Program-made: the position numbers and the translations under genes | Origin: a virus | Lineage: Duplodnaviria; Caudoviricetes | Length of the DNA: 64,000 nt | Strand: one strand, 5' to 3' | IMG/VR virus record: IMGVR_UViG_3300031993_000019 | Shown: one piece after another, positions 8,902-19,272 of the stretch | Numbering within the stretch: position 1 is the first letter of the stretch | Layout of the letters: each line of letters starts with the position of its first letter | Notes under the pieces: generated by a model | Told to the model about the DNA's origin: nothing | What the model saw: only the letters and a program-made list of their open reading frames with translations | The model's database searches: none

Positions 8902-9894
8902 TTAGATTTCAAAATCTTCTTCGTCGTCCAGAGACTTAATAGCAATCAGCTTTTTACGCTGTATTTCGTCGCACCCCATACCAACCCACGGAAGAAACGT
9001 GTTGTATGTGTGATTCGATGGCGTGTAAAGACTGTAATACGGACATTTATTCTTACCATCCTCCGTGACAGCGGGGTTGGTGTTAGAAAACTCGCACCAA
9101 TAGCACAACTGACTGGGGGACGGTTTATAATTGCCGGAAGAAAATCCGTCAATCAGGCTGTCAATTTTCTTCAAACCACGATTAATAAATCCAGAAGTCC
9201 CTCCCCTTTTCATTTCTTCGGCAATGGGGAACTCATAATAACAGTCAATCTCAAGGTCTTTCCCAAACTCATCCTTCGGGAGGATCTCTTTAAGTGCCTG
9301 TACATAGATTACCATCTGCAGCGGAGTGACGCACTTCTTGTCGTCATACGCCTTTGCACTCGTCTTGATGTCATGAATTTCAAGATGGCTTCTGTCGCTT
9401 TTGTGGACAAAAACCCGGTCGATAAATCCATGAAAGAGATACTTCTTATTGTTGCGAGAATACTTATACTCAAACGGAAGCTCGGCCGCATAAAGTTCAA
9501 GATCTGGGTTTTCTTTAATATACCGTTCAAGGCGATAGATTCCATCCTCAAGAAACCTCTGCGCCTTTTGCGCATAGCTCCTACCCGTCTTGTCGACTGT
9601 AAACCACTCCGACTTGTATTTACGCGAAAGAATGTCTGTCCCACAGGGAGTGCCCCCGGCGCCATCAGCTTCCACAAAATATTTCTTAAGGAAGTCATAG
9701 TCAACCGGTTTACCACCGACGATCCAGTTTGTCTGTATCTCAAAAATTTTATGGACCAGAGAACCAAATGCCGTCGCCGCGTTGTCGGTCGAAACAAAGT
9801 TCTTAAGGTCGTACTTTAAATGGAATTTGTAGGGGCACTGATTATATGTGTCGATCTTCGAAAAGCTTAACTTCTCTGCTTTTGTCTCCGCCAT
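8902..9894 (-). CDS. PD-(D/E)xK exonuclease, Cas4/AddB-like, with a probable Fe-S cysteine set
   Basis: LSFSKIDTYNQCPYKF, FGSLVH, GFIDR, HDIKTS, QMVIY, LCYWC...KCPY. Confidence 0.85.
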   Translation of the reverse strand: MAETKAEKLSFSKIDTYNQCPYKFHLKYDLKNFVSTDNAATAFGSLVHKIFEIQTNWIVGGKPVDYDFLKKYFVEADGAGGTPCGTDILSRKYKSEWFTVDKTGRSYAQKAQRFLEDGIYRLERYIKENPDLELYAAELPFEYKYSRNNKKYLFHGFIDRVFVHKSDRSHLEIHDIKTSAKAYDDKKCVTPLQMVIYVQALKEILPKDEFGKDLEIDCYYEFPIAEEMKRGGTSGFINRGLKKIDSLIDGFSSGNYKPSPSQLCYWCEFSNTNPAVTEDGKNKCPYYSLYTPSNHTYNTFLPWVGMGCDEIQRKKLIAIKSLDDEEDFEI

Positions 9895-10443
9895 TCAGAC
9901 CACCTCGTTGTTTTCATCAAACTTGAGGAGCAAATATTTTCTGCTCGCCAAGTAATCAGCGAGATGGACGACCATCTGGAGCGCGGTCACGGGCTTCGGC
10001 AGAACATAACTGCTTCTATTCGACGTGTTCCACTGGCCCATGTGCGACTCAATAAGAGCACATACGGTTTCAGCAACAGCCGGAGGAAGGTCTTTGCGAA
10101 CAGCGTTCGAAGCCAGAAGCGGATGTTCAAACTTCGTGAACATGCCGTGATCGTCTCCGGACTTGCGACTGTCGTGCAAGATCAGGGCGAGAATCGCGCA
10201 GTCTTTTTCGTACTGCGTAAACCCATACTGCTCAAGTTCAAGCAGGTCCTTTGCGATCCGGACGGCGGCCTTTGTGTGCCGATACAGACCGCCCTCTCCA
10301 AGGGCGTACTCCGGATGATATTTTCCGGTACTCGACGCCGGAATCTCATAGAAATATTCTGGAATGTGCAACACGCACATTTCACCAGCCTTACGGATCT
10401 CGGGATCGACGATGTAGTTCAGTTCTTTCTCAAATCTTTTCAT
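9895..10443 (-). CDS. HD-domain phosphohydrolase (YhaM-HD-like)
   Basis: PASSTGKYH, GGLYRHT, LHDSRK, SHMGQW, HLADYLAS. Confidence 0.85.
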   Translation of the reverse strand: MKRFEKELNYIVDPEIRKAGEMCVLHIPEYFYEIPASSTGKYHPEYALGEGGLYRHTKAAVRIAKDLLELEQYGFTQYEKDCAILALILHDSRKSGDDHGMFTKFEHPLLASNAVRKDLPPAVAETVCALIESHMGQWNTSNRSSYVLPKPVTALQMVVHLADYLASRKYLLLKFDENNEVV

Positions 10444-10458
10444 GTTGTCCTCCTATAA

Positions 10459-13400
10459 TTACGCTATATTACACAGCGAGTAATACTTAAGCCAGGTTTC
10501 GGTTTCAGTTGGGCTCTGTACCCACTCACCATCGACCTTTCTAACCTTAGGTTTTTCGATCATTGTCAGCCGAATTGTATCTCCGAACACAAGTGGTGTT
10601 TCCTGATATGCTTTTTTGCTTATCTTTGCAATCACCGACCGTCCTGTCGAAAGTTCAAACAATGTGAGCTTCGGAGAGTATTTTGTGTCAATCTCCGCAA
10701 CAACCCATACTCCACGCTTATCAGGCATAGTAATCGAAATATACCCAAGGTATTCTTTGTCCCACTCAATACGCGAAGTGAGAGGAATATCTTTTGGCTG
10801 AATGATATCCACAATTTCTGTGAGTACAGAATCTGGATCTGTCACTCTAAACTGCTTTTTGGTTTCTGTCGAGTGCTTTTTGATAATCTCTACGATCTTG
10901 TCAGGATATTTCATATTGTCTTTATTATACTGCCTTTTATCGTTAAACTCGTCGTAGCATCTTACAATATCAAGCAGATATCCAATCTTTCCAAACTCGG
11001 AGAAGTAATCAAGCTTAATAAGGATGTCGAGCTGTTTAGAGTTCCCCGGAAACACTCTGATCACATCTACGAATGATGAAAACCTTATGTTTCTCATTTC
11101 ATAAAGCTTCTCGGCGACATCATCATTAAGAAACTTAATCGACGCCACCCCTTTATAAACCGCGTGTTCTTTAGAGTCCGGTACGTATCGCGCACGAGAA
11201 TGCCTAAACTTTGGCGGCAAGATCGAAATATTCTTAACCTTCGCTAATTCTGTTCCCATGCGTATATCGTCGTCGTTGTTTGCGTTGTTCAGATAGGCTG
11301 CGATAAACTCACACGGATAGTAATAACGAAGATAAGCACACGTATATCCGATCATCGAATACCCGGTAGAATGATTGTATCCAAACTGGTAGGAAGCAGA
11401 GTCTTCAATAATCTGAAGGAATGTTTTCGCCTCTTCTTCTGCAACCTCTCTTGGCTTGTCGGACTTCGAACAATAGCCCTCAAGTATGCTTGGAAGGGCA
11501 GCGTCCAAACGGTCTTTTTGCTTTCGCCCAATTGCCCGACGAATGTTGTCCGCCTCGCTGCCGCTTAGACCGCATATTTTCTGAAGGAATGCGATCGTGT
11601 CCTCTTGATAAATCAAGAATCCGTTATTGTCCTTCAGAAGGTCGTCAATAATCTCGGACGGATTATGATTGATTTCGTGATTCAATAATCTGTCTCTATA
11701 TGACGCCCCTGATGGACGCAAGCTCGCATTGACCAACGACATATGGTTGATTTTCGAGGCACCGAACTTCTTAAGCATCTCAAACGCAAACTTGCTCTCA
11801 AACTGAAAAATACCGGCCGGAGAAGTTAACATATCCTTCCATACATTCTCGTCTTCCCAGTTCAGCAAGTGCGACTTCGGATATGGTATTCCGGCAAACG
11901 CGCACGTATCTTTAATAATCTCGACATTCTTCAGGCCCAGCAGATCATACTTGTTTAAGTTGACCTCGTGGCATTCTTCCATGTTAATCTGAAGAATGCG
12001 CTTGCCATCTGCCCAGAACGTACCATAGTTATCAGGAAGAGACACGGGGCTAACAACGATTCCGGCTGGATGCATAGACTGCGACACACAGGTTCCGAGG
12101 AGTCCGTCGAAGTAGTAAAACAGCTCTTTATACTTTTGCTTAGCCGTGTCCGGGTCTTGCTCGTACGCATCTTTAATCGCCGCAACCTCGTCGAGAGGGT
12201 AATTAAGCGCCCTACCGATTTCGTCGATAGTTCCCTTGTCTACCAACGTCCCCATCGCAAGAATGTATGCCGTATAATCTTCGCCAAAGCTTTCGATGAT
12301 ATGATCATAAACAAGATGGCGCTGAGTCGGGCTAATGTCAATATCAATATCACCGAGCTCTTTACGGTCCTCGTTTGCGAACCGCGAGAAGACCGTGTTC
12401 CACACAACCGGATCGACGTCGATAATATCTGTAAGGTACGCAATAGTGCTACCACCACAAGACCCCCGACAATACCCAATAGGAATACCATTGTCCCAGC
12501 ACCACGTCACAAGGTCACTCATGAAGAGCATGAATCCCAGCATACCGATCTTCTTAAATACGCGGAGCTCTTCTCTGGCGTTAATTGCGTACTGAGGGTT
12601 CGCTTTAATAACGCCACGTGCAACCTTGTCTTTATATCTCTCGTTGACGCGTCGTTTTAACTCTGCCTCGTCGTCCTCATAACACTTGGCGTACTTAAAC
12701 GATTTGTCGAGGTCAAAAGACTCAACGCTGTCCGCCATCACATTCGTGTTTTCAATCGCGGACATATAATCGGATTTATCAACCACCCCCTGCATTTCAA
12801 ACATTTCAACAAGTTCGTCATAGCTCTTATAGGAAAGGTCGAATTCATCCTCGCTGGTATATTCTATTTTTTTCGCCTTCAAAAGGATCTTTCTGCACTC
12901 AGACTTATACGGGCTAAGGCTATGCGTGTCTGTTCCGGCGATCAGAGGTTTCCCGTATTTCTTAGACATCTGGACGAGCCACATATTATATTCTTTTTGC
13001 TCTGGGCTGTTTACGTGCGGCTGAATCTCAAGATAATCGTAGTATTGAATGAGAGATTCGTCTCTAAGCTTGTTGAGCGGAGAGGCGAGACACGCGCTGA
13101 TTTTTATTACATTCGACGAAATCGCCTTAAACTCGTCAAACGAAATCCTCGGCTTATAGTACATATGATCGGGCCTAGTAGAAGCATCAACAAGGCGGTT
13201 GATCTCCTTAAACCCCTCATAGTTTCTTGCAATCAGAATAGTATGATAGTTGTCGCGTACTTTATGTGGCTGCGGGTTTTCGTCTGTAGACTGTAATAAT
13301 GCTTTCGTCAAATAGCACTCAATCCCGTGGATATACTTAATACCATTTGCGTCGCAGTACATCTTTTTCTCGATCCAGTTGTACACGTTCCCGTGTTCGG

Positions 13401-13518
13401 AAAAACAAATCGCGGTTTGCCCAAGCTCTTTTGCTTTATCGACATACGCCTTATAATCAGTACAGGAGTCCAAAAGACTTCTGTCGCTATGCAAGTGGTA
13501 TACTACATAGTTGCTCAC
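10459..13518 (-). CDS. dnaE: DNA polymerase III alpha subunit (family C, PHP domain)
   Basis: HLHSDRSLLD, RGSCGGS, FSRF, DIDID, HPAG, KYDLLGL, IYQE, YQFGYNHS. Confidence 0.95.
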   Translation of the reverse strand: MSNYVVYHLHSDRSLLDSCTDYKAYVDKAKELGQTAICFSEHGNVYNWIEKKMYCDANGIKYIHGIECYLTKALLQSTDENPQPHKVRDNYHTILIARNYEGFKEINRLVDASTRPDHMYYKPRISFDEFKAISSNVIKISACLASPLNKLRDESLIQYYDYLEIQPHVNSPEQKEYNMWLVQMSKKYGKPLIAGTDTHSLSPYKSECRKILLKAKKIEYTSEDEFDLSYKSYDELVEMFEMQGVVDKSDYMSAIENTNVMADSVESFDLDKSFKYAKCYEDDEAELKRRVNERYKDKVARGVIKANPQYAINAREELRVFKKIGMLGFMLFMSDLVTWCWDNGIPIGYCRGSCGGSTIAYLTDIIDVDPVVWNTVFSRFANEDRKELGDIDIDISPTQRHLVYDHIIESFGEDYTAYILAMGTLVDKGTIDEIGRALNYPLDEVAAIKDAYEQDPDTAKQKYKELFYYFDGLLGTCVSQSMHPAGIVVSPVSLPDNYGTFWADGKRILQINMEECHEVNLNKYDLLGLKNVEIIKDTCAFAGIPYPKSHLLNWEDENVWKDMLTSPAGIFQFESKFAFEMLKKFGASKINHMSLVNASLRPSGASYRDRLLNHEINHNPSEIIDDLLKDNNGFLIYQEDTIAFLQKICGLSGSEADNIRRAIGRKQKDRLDAALPSILEGYCSKSDKPREVAEEEAKTFLQIIEDSASYQFGYNHSTGYSMIGYTCAYLRYYYPCEFIAAYLNNANNDDDIRMGTELAKVKNISILPPKFRHSRARYVPDSKEHAVYKGVASIKFLNDDVAEKLYEMRNIRFSSFVDVIRVFPGNSKQLDILIKLDYFSEFGKIGYLLDIVRCYDEFNDKRQYNKDNMKYPDKIVEIIKKHSTETKKQFRVTDPDSVLTEIVDIIQPKDIPLTSRIEWDKEYLGYISITMPDKRGVWVVAEIDTKYSPKLTLFELSTGRSVIAKISKKAYQETPLVFGDTIRLTMIEKPKVRKVDGEWVQSPTETETWLKYYSLCNIA

Positions 13519-14531
13519 GCCGGCACAACCTCCATTTCGTTCTTACATATATCGTCGAAGACGCATTGGCCCATATCGACCGGCGCCCCCTTTTCACACA
13601 CGCTTGTGTTTTTTGTCCAGTTCCAGAATAAGATCTTACAGTCTTTCATGACAAGATATTTTTTCAGGTTTTTGATGTTTGCCTGAGTCTCTTTTAGAGG
13701 TAGGTCCTTGTCAAGCATAAACCACACCTCTTTTGGGTCGAGCGCAGCAATCAAACGTGCCTGCTCTTCGGACAGGGAGTTAGAGCCAATGGCCACAGTG
13801 TTACGCAACCCAAAGGCGTATGAAACCATCACAGACTTTTCGCTTTCAAACACCATGACAATCCTGTCTTTTACAAGTGTTGCGTAGTTCTCACTGTATC
13901 CATAAAGCGACTTACTGACGGCGCCTTTGTATGGAAAATAATATTTCGGACCACCCCCGTCTTCAATCTTATAATTGCGACGCGCCTTAACAGCAATTAT
14001 GCCACCGGTCGCCGCACTTCGCCACGGGAATACAATCACATCGTCGGATATATCGTACCTGACGCCAAACTTTTTCTGAACGTCAATCGGTATTCCGTCT
14101 CGAATCCACGCCTTATTTCCGGCGTCATAATACTGGTCCATAATATCCTCGGGGTACTCGGGCAGCTCTTCTTTGACATCTTTGCCAATCCCATCGTAAA
14201 ACCCCCCGAATATCGATTTTATTTTCCTAGGTCTCCAATCATCCTCAAGACCAAGTATATTTTTGACAGAGGAAAGGACTCTCATGAAATTAACATCACG
14301 AGAGTTCATAATGTATGCGATTATGTCTCCGCCCTCTCCTGTGACAAAATCCTTAACATACAGCCCGTCATTATTCTCAAGCCTGATGCTTATATTCTGT
14401 CCGCCTTCTTCGTTCCGTGCGAACCGGATCTCAGACGGCTTTTGATGAATATGACAGAAGTCATATTCTTCGAGGAGTTTGACGATAGACTCTGGACTTT
14501 CGATCAACATCTTTTTAATGTCAGCGAGCAT
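13515..14531 (-). CDS. dnaG: DNA primase (TOPRIM)
   Basis: GGDII, KSLYG, VFESEKS, MLDKD; lies between helicase and polymerase; start reassigned to ATG 14531 after AAGGAG. Confidence 0.8.
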   Translation of the reverse strand: MLADIKKMLIESPESIVKLLEEYDFCHIHQKPSEIRFARNEEGGQNISIRLENNDGLYVKDFVTGEGGDIIAYIMNSRDVNFMRVLSSVKNILGLEDDWRPRKIKSIFGGFYDGIGKDVKEELPEYPEDIMDQYYDAGNKAWIRDGIPIDVQKKFGVRYDISDDVIVFPWRSAATGGIIAVKARRNYKIEDGGGPKYYFPYKGAVSKSLYGYSENYATLVKDRIVMVFESEKSVMVSYAFGLRNTVAIGSNSLSEEQARLIAALDPKEVWFMLDKDLPLKETQANIKNLKKYLVMKDCKILFWNWTKNTSVCEKGAPVDMGQCVFDDICKNEMEVVPA

Positions 14532-14564
14532 CGCATTCTCCTTGTCTAATCTTATTACGTCTAT

Positions 14565-14603
14565 ATTATACACCGAAACCACTCGTTTGTCAAGTGGTTT
14601 CGG
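14565..14603 (-). promoter_or_regulatory. sigmaA consensus promoter whose -35 box lies largely in the loop of an 11-bp perfect inverted repeat
   Basis: TTGACA (14588-14593)-17 nt-TATAAT (14565-14570); arms CCGAAACCACT/AGTGGTTTCGG. Confidence 0.85.
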
Positions 14604-14615
14604 AAATTTTCTTTT

Positions 14616-16223
14616 TTAATTTTCGCTCCTGTTCTTGATGCTCTTATGAACCGGCCTCACTTTGCATGTTTCGCTAAACTTTCCAAAGTCTCCACGATAT
14701 TTAACGAGATAACCAATGCCAGAATCGAGCGCGTCCATTCCAGAGCGCGTCTTATCGAGCAGGAGCACCCTATATACCGCACTAGGGTCTTCAAGAACGT
14801 ATGGCTCGTCTTTCCATGATCCATCCGGCTGCAACGTAGACCTAAACGGCTTAAAGTCATACGGGCCGCCAGCCTCAAGTTCTTCCGGATAAACCTTTCT
14901 GAACATTATCAAGTTTGACAGAACCTCTTTGATCGCCTTTGACATACTCAACGCGGACGCGTCGAGAAACAGACTGCCGATACTGTTCGATGCAAGCTGA
15001 ATGGTATAAAGGCCGATAAGATCGTACTTTTTGGCAAGCGAATCAAGCATACGAGAATCTTTGACAAGATCAAGCCAGAAGTTCTCCGCGCCGGTGGCAT
15101 CGCCAATGTTCAGCTTAAATGTGTCTACGACAAAGAAGTCGATGCCGTTTCGAAGTGCTTCCTTCTTTATGATTTGCTCGTTCAGCATAGCATCCGCGTC
15201 CGACATAGTGACGATCTTGAGACCTTCGGCAAAGTGCTCTTTCCAATACTTTGCACCCTCTTTGAGCATTCTCCGGTCCTCGTCTGTGAGGTCGCCGGAT
15301 TTTAGTTTCTTCTTTGTAACTCCCCAGTACCCCAGATATCGTGTCGTGATTAACAAGATGATAATCACCTTGAGGTCTTGTAGGGACATTTCGTTTGAGA
15401 TAAACACACCCTTCAGCCCCTTGGACAGAAGACACAGAATAATGTTTAACATAAGCGTACTTTTACCGCATCCGCTATGCGCCGCAAGTGCGCTCGTTGT
15501 TCCACGGGCGAACCCGAGAATGTTTCGTGATAAGAACGGAAACATACTAATCGTATTCCCGTTAATGTCTTCTCCAGCATCAGCAAAAGAAACGCCGGCA
15601 GCGTCGCCAGAAGAGACGCTTGTGAAGAAGTCATCATCAAAGTCCACATACTTCTCGTCGATTACCTTTGTCGACGCAGACGAGTTTTCAACGCTCAACT
15701 TTGACAGAAATTCTTCATACCAGGCGAGCACCGTGTTACTGTCACAGTTTGCCTTACTAAACAAGTCGATGGGCTTGACGCGCTTCCCGTTGGCGAGGGA
15801 CACCTCGTCAAACAAGTTAAATCCGTTGGAATGCAGTCTTAATAAAATGTTACTTTTATTAAACGAGTCAAGGATCGCATCCCAGTTCTTGATGTCGACC
15901 ACAGACGACATCTTCTGAATTGTTTTATATCCGCCTATTCCGACGAGCCTATCTTTCATCTCTTCGGTGCAGTTAGACAGAACGGTAACCTCGTCAATTA
16001 CCGAAAACCTCTTCTCTCGAAGAAGCTTGACGATCCCAAACAAGAACCGGCCATCCCGAGTAATAAAATTCTGAATGTCAATTTGTTGTTTAATATCGTC
16101 GTATAGCGTCGGGTCTTCAAATAAACATGCGATAAGGTTGCCCTCTATGGTAACTCTACCATCAAGCAGCTCTTCCGGATACTTATCAACGACTCCGTCG
16201 ATAAAACATTTTTGGTCAATCAC
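14616..16223 (-). CDS. dnaB: Replicative DnaB-like helicase
   Basis: Walker A AHSGCGKS, FISNEM, VVDTFK, TIQL, LLDKTR. Confidence 0.88.
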   Translation of the reverse strand: MIDQKCFIDGVVDKYPEELLDGRVTIEGNLIACLFEDPTLYDDIKQQIDIQNFITRDGRFLFGIVKLLREKRFSVIDEVTVLSNCTEEMKDRLVGIGGYKTIQKMSSVVDIKNWDAILDSFNKSNILLRLHSNGFNLFDEVSLANGKRVKPIDLFSKANCDSNTVLAWYEEFLSKLSVENSSASTKVIDEKYVDFDDDFFTSVSSGDAAGVSFADAGEDINGNTISMFPFLSRNILGFARGTTSALAAHSGCGKSTLMLNIILCLLSKGLKGVFISNEMSLQDLKVIIILLITTRYLGYWGVTKKKLKSGDLTDEDRRMLKEGAKYWKEHFAEGLKIVTMSDADAMLNEQIIKKEALRNGIDFFVVDTFKLNIGDATGAENFWLDLVKDSRMLDSLAKKYDLIGLYTIQLASNSIGSLFLDASALSMSKAIKEVLSNLIMFRKVYPEELEAGGPYDFKPFRSTLQPDGSWKDEPYVLEDPSAVYRVLLLDKTRSGMDALDSGIGYLVKYRGDFGKFSETCKVRPVHKSIKNRSEN

Positions 16224-16741
16224 ACCTCGTCCTCCAGCTCTGCCAAAGATATGCGCTTTTTATTGCGCTGAACACCGGCGTCTTCCGCCTCTTTGGAGAT
16301 TTGTTCGTTTCTGCCGCTTGCGATTGTTACGCCCGGCTTATATAAGGGCGCATTGTTCTTTATAATGGCGCCGATATACCTAATCTCGTTCTTAATGGAC
16401 GAAAACTGTCTTTTCGACAGAATATCCGAGATACGAGAAGTGCTTTCTTTTAGATAAGCATAAATTTTATCGACAGGAACAATCTTTTTCCACTCCTCTA
16501 ACTGTTCCTTAACAATCAATTTTGCGTGTGGGTCCTTACCCATTATGGAAATAAGTGCATCGTAAATCTTGTCGAGATCCGTGTCGACCGGATCAGACTT
16601 GCGAGCTTTCGCCCCTTCTCTCCATTTTAAATAGTGTTCCTCATTCAAAAACTTAAACGAAACACCGTTGAAGCGGACAACATAAGCAATACTGCTTTCG
16701 ATTTTTTGTCCGCACCCACACTTACAGGCGACTAAACCCAT
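16220..16741 (-). CDS. Hypothetical replication-module protein (N-terminal CKCGCG)
   Basis: Overlaps the dnaB start; strong RBS; same position as SPbeta yorH. Confidence 0.7.
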   Translation of the reverse strand: MGLVACKCGCGQKIESSIAYVVRFNGVSFKFLNEEHYLKWREGAKARKSDPVDTDLDKIYDALISIMGKDPHAKLIVKEQLEEWKKIVPVDKIYAYLKESTSRISDILSKRQFSSIKNEIRYIGAIIKNNAPLYKPGVTIASGRNEQISKEAEDAGVQRNKKRISLAELEDEV

Positions 16742-16765
16742 GTCGACCGCCTCCTTTCATTTGTT

Positions 16766-16804
16766 ATTATATCACAGGCCCCAAGAGTTTGTCAAGGGGC
16801 CTGT
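16766..16804 (-). promoter_or_regulatory. sigmaA consensus promoter with the -35 box in the loop of a 9-bp GC-rich inverted repeat
   Basis: TTGACA (16790-16795)-18 nt-TATAAT (16766-16771); arms ACAGGCCCC/GGGGCCTGT. Confidence 0.8.
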
Positions 16805-16822
16805 ATGATTTATTTTCTTGTC

Positions 16823-18007
16823 TTACGACAAATCGAGCAGGGCTTCGATCTGTGCGAGGCTGTCGTCGGGAATATCTGCGGACAGCTTCGTAGATGTTCC
16901 ATCACCAGATTTAATGATGATTTCCCTGACCAACTTCTTCACGTCTGTCCCCGCGTTCTTAAACGCCGCACGGACAGCCTCGATGCGGTCTTCTTTGCTC
17001 GAACTTTCATCGCCGAAGATGTCCCCGGATACGTCGGCGCCCTCGATTGCATCAATCGCCGAAGCCTCAGCGGTAGACTGAACATCTTCAACAATTGCGG
17101 TCTGGTTTCTGAACTCGACGTGTTCGGGAGACTTGTGCTCACCGGCTGGGGCGTTCAGCTTCATCTGAATCGCCTCCTCGACCGCATCGACAAGATTCTG
17201 AGCGCCGAAATCGGTCTTGTTTCTGATATACTCAAAGTGCGTCTTGGTATCGATTGCAGCATCATCGTCGACGAAGACCATCACACGTTTCTTGCTGACG
17301 AGGTCCCCAATCTTCTCGTCTTTCTTCGAGAAGGGATTTGTCTTTTTGACGATGTTTTCGATCTTGTTCTCGAAGTAGCACATCGCAACCAGATTAACCT
17401 TGTCCTTGATCGCGTTGTAGTATTTGTTGTCGAGGTTACAAGTAAGCTGCTCGTATTTAACGCCGGTGATCAAATCTTCCTTTGACTTGGTCTTGGTGTG
17501 ACCGAGGAAGAGAAGCTGATACCCATTGTCACTCAGCTTTGCAAGGCTCTTCAGAACAAGATCGACAACCCTGTTTTCACCCTTCTGGAACCCGGTGTAT
17601 GCCTGAGCTATGGACTTGGCAAGCTTACTCGTATCCCCTGCTCGCTTACACGTGGAGTTCCACTCGTTAACAACGTAATCTTCACCCATGCGGAAGTATT
17701 CGTCAAGCGAGTCGATAGCGACAAACTTGGTTTTCTTGTAGTCCTCTCGGTTTTCACAAAGATCGTTTACGATCTCCACGAACACACCGAAGTTCTTCGC
17801 GACATCCCCGAATGCGCCGGGGATGTGCTTGGGTTCGGGCTCAGACCCGCAGGTAATAATGAAGGTTCCCTCGTTACTACCCGTCGCGATCTTCCCGAGC
17901 TCGTACGCCATAGTGGTTTTACCGATGCCGCCAACGCCGTTGATCACATAGTTGTAATCGTAAAAGTGGGGACTCATAGTTGTTGTTTTACCAAACTTAC
18001 GTGCCAT
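16823..18007 (-). CDS. AAA/P-loop ATPase (Sak4/AAA_24-like recombination protein)
   Basis: GVGGIGKTT, AIDSLDE, FLGHTK. Confidence 0.8.
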   Translation of the reverse strand: MARKFGKTTTMSPHFYDYNYVINGVGGIGKTTMAYELGKIATGSNEGTFIITCGSEPEPKHIPGAFGDVAKNFGVFVEIVNDLCENREDYKKTKFVAIDSLDEYFRMGEDYVVNEWNSTCKRAGDTSKLAKSIAQAYTGFQKGENRVVDLVLKSLAKLSDNGYQLLFLGHTKTKSKEDLITGVKYEQLTCNLDNKYYNAIKDKVNLVAMCYFENKIENIVKKTNPFSKKDEKIGDLVSKKRVMVFVDDDAAIDTKTHFEYIRNKTDFGAQNLVDAVEEAIQMKLNAPAGEHKSPEHVEFRNQTAIVEDVQSTAEASAIDAIEGADVSGDIFGDESSSKEDRIEAVRAAFKNAGTDVKKLVREIIIKSGDGTSTKLSADIPDDSLAQIEALLDLS

Positions 18008-18021
18008 CTTTTATCCTCCGA

Positions 18022-19200
18022 TCAGATGTCGCCGAAAATATCGTCGATGTCAGAGCCGGCGTCAAACGGGGCGTCATCGACGCTCTTTGTGGTCGTCTTC
18101 GCCTTGGTTCTTCCCTCTTTCTGCTCAACTTCGTTTGCCGCAGGAAGCGCGATATCCGCGTCTTCGTAGTTTGAAGCCTGTGCATCGTTCGCTTTGATGA
18201 TGCGGAACTCTCTGATACGCTCGCCCATGCCCTGTCTCCCGGCCCGGCGCAGCTCCTCCGCCTCGTCTCTGATACCGAGTTCAATATCCTCACGGATCTC
18301 ATCGGGAAGATCGTCGATGGTAACCTGCTCCATCTGGGCTCCATCAATGACGTTTGCTTCGAGCCTAATCGTTCCGTACTGCGCGCCATCGGGAACAACG
18401 GACATTCTCTTCTTCAGAGTGTCCGCGACTTTTTTCTGCTTCGCGGGGTCGTCGGTAATGTATTCGGGCGAGAACACGAACGCCATCGGAACAGCAATAT
18501 GCCCGTTACACTCTGCGTTTTTGAACTGCCGGTCGTAATACATAGCCCACACATTGTAGGACACACGGCCGTCTTCGTAGACATCTTCGTCCCACGACTC
18601 GGGGGCGTAGATAAACTCGCCGGAGATAACCATCCGAGGTTCGTCGTCTTCCTTCGCCAGACGGATCCGCTGAACGGTGTAGCTCTTGTAGAACTTACCG
18701 TTCTTCGGCGAATACTGCACGTCGATGACGCCGGAGACGCTGAACTTTGCCTTTGCAAACGCGGGCTTTGACAGCACGTTTCGCACGTCGTGGAGAAAGT
18801 CTCCTTCGTAGATATACTCTCTGCGTCTTGCCGAATCACGATCTTCGCCGGGGTTGTTGAGGTCGAGGACAAATTTCTTGTACTCGGGAACCTGATCGAG
18901 GATTTCCTCTTTCTTCCGATCGACAAAGTCAACCTTTGTGTTCGTGTACTTGGTTTCTCCGTCTTCCTTCGACTGGAATGTGGTGTAGATCTGCATCTTT
19001 CCTTCGTCGACGCCACCGCCAGAAACACCCCAGTATCCGGCTTTGATCTGGAACATATGTTTGTTAAAGCCGTTCACCCCCTGAAAAACGAAGGTGTCAA
19101 TATTCCACCCGGTGCCGAATGTCTTTGTCTCAAAGGGCTTAAAGTTTTCGGATTCCTTGAGTTGCTTGAGTTCGCCACAAAATCTGAAGTTTACGCTCAT
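18022..19200 (-). CDS. Putative ssDNA-binding protein
   Basis: Beta-rich body, acidic C-terminal tail DIDDIFGDI, first gene of the replication operon, strong codon bias. Confidence 0.55.
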   Translation of the reverse strand: MSVNFRFCGELKQLKESENFKPFETKTFGTGWNIDTFVFQGVNGFNKHMFQIKAGYWGVSGGGVDEGKMQIYTTFQSKEDGETKYTNTKVDFVDRKKEEILDQVPEYKKFVLDLNNPGEDRDSARRREYIYEGDFLHDVRNVLSKPAFAKAKFSVSGVIDVQYSPKNGKFYKSYTVQRIRLAKEDDEPRMVISGEFIYAPESWDEDVYEDGRVSYNVWAMYYDRQFKNAECNGHIAVPMAFVFSPEYITDDPAKQKKVADTLKKRMSVVPDGAQYGTIRLEANVIDGAQMEQVTIDDLPDEIREDIELGIRDEAEELRRAGRQGMGERIREFRIIKANDAQASNYEDADIALPAANEVEQKEGRTKAKTTTKSVDDAPFDAGSDIDDIFGDI

Positions 19201-19243
19201 ATTTTTCTCCTTTAATCAATCTCGACCTTTTCGGTCTGGATGT

Positions 19244-19272
19244 ATTATAACACGCTGTGTTTTATTTGTCAA
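19244..19272 (-). promoter_or_regulatory. sigmaA consensus promoter
   Basis: TTGACA-17 nt-TATAAT with extended TGn. Confidence 0.85.

Noticed and set aside
8902-9894. cas4 as part of a CRISPR-Cas locus
   Set aside because: No cas1/cas2 or array; solo Cas4-like nucleases are common in phage replication modules.
10459-16223. Inteins or introns in DnaE, primase or DnaB
   Set aside because: Reading frames are continuous, lengths are ordinary and no splicing motifs were seen.
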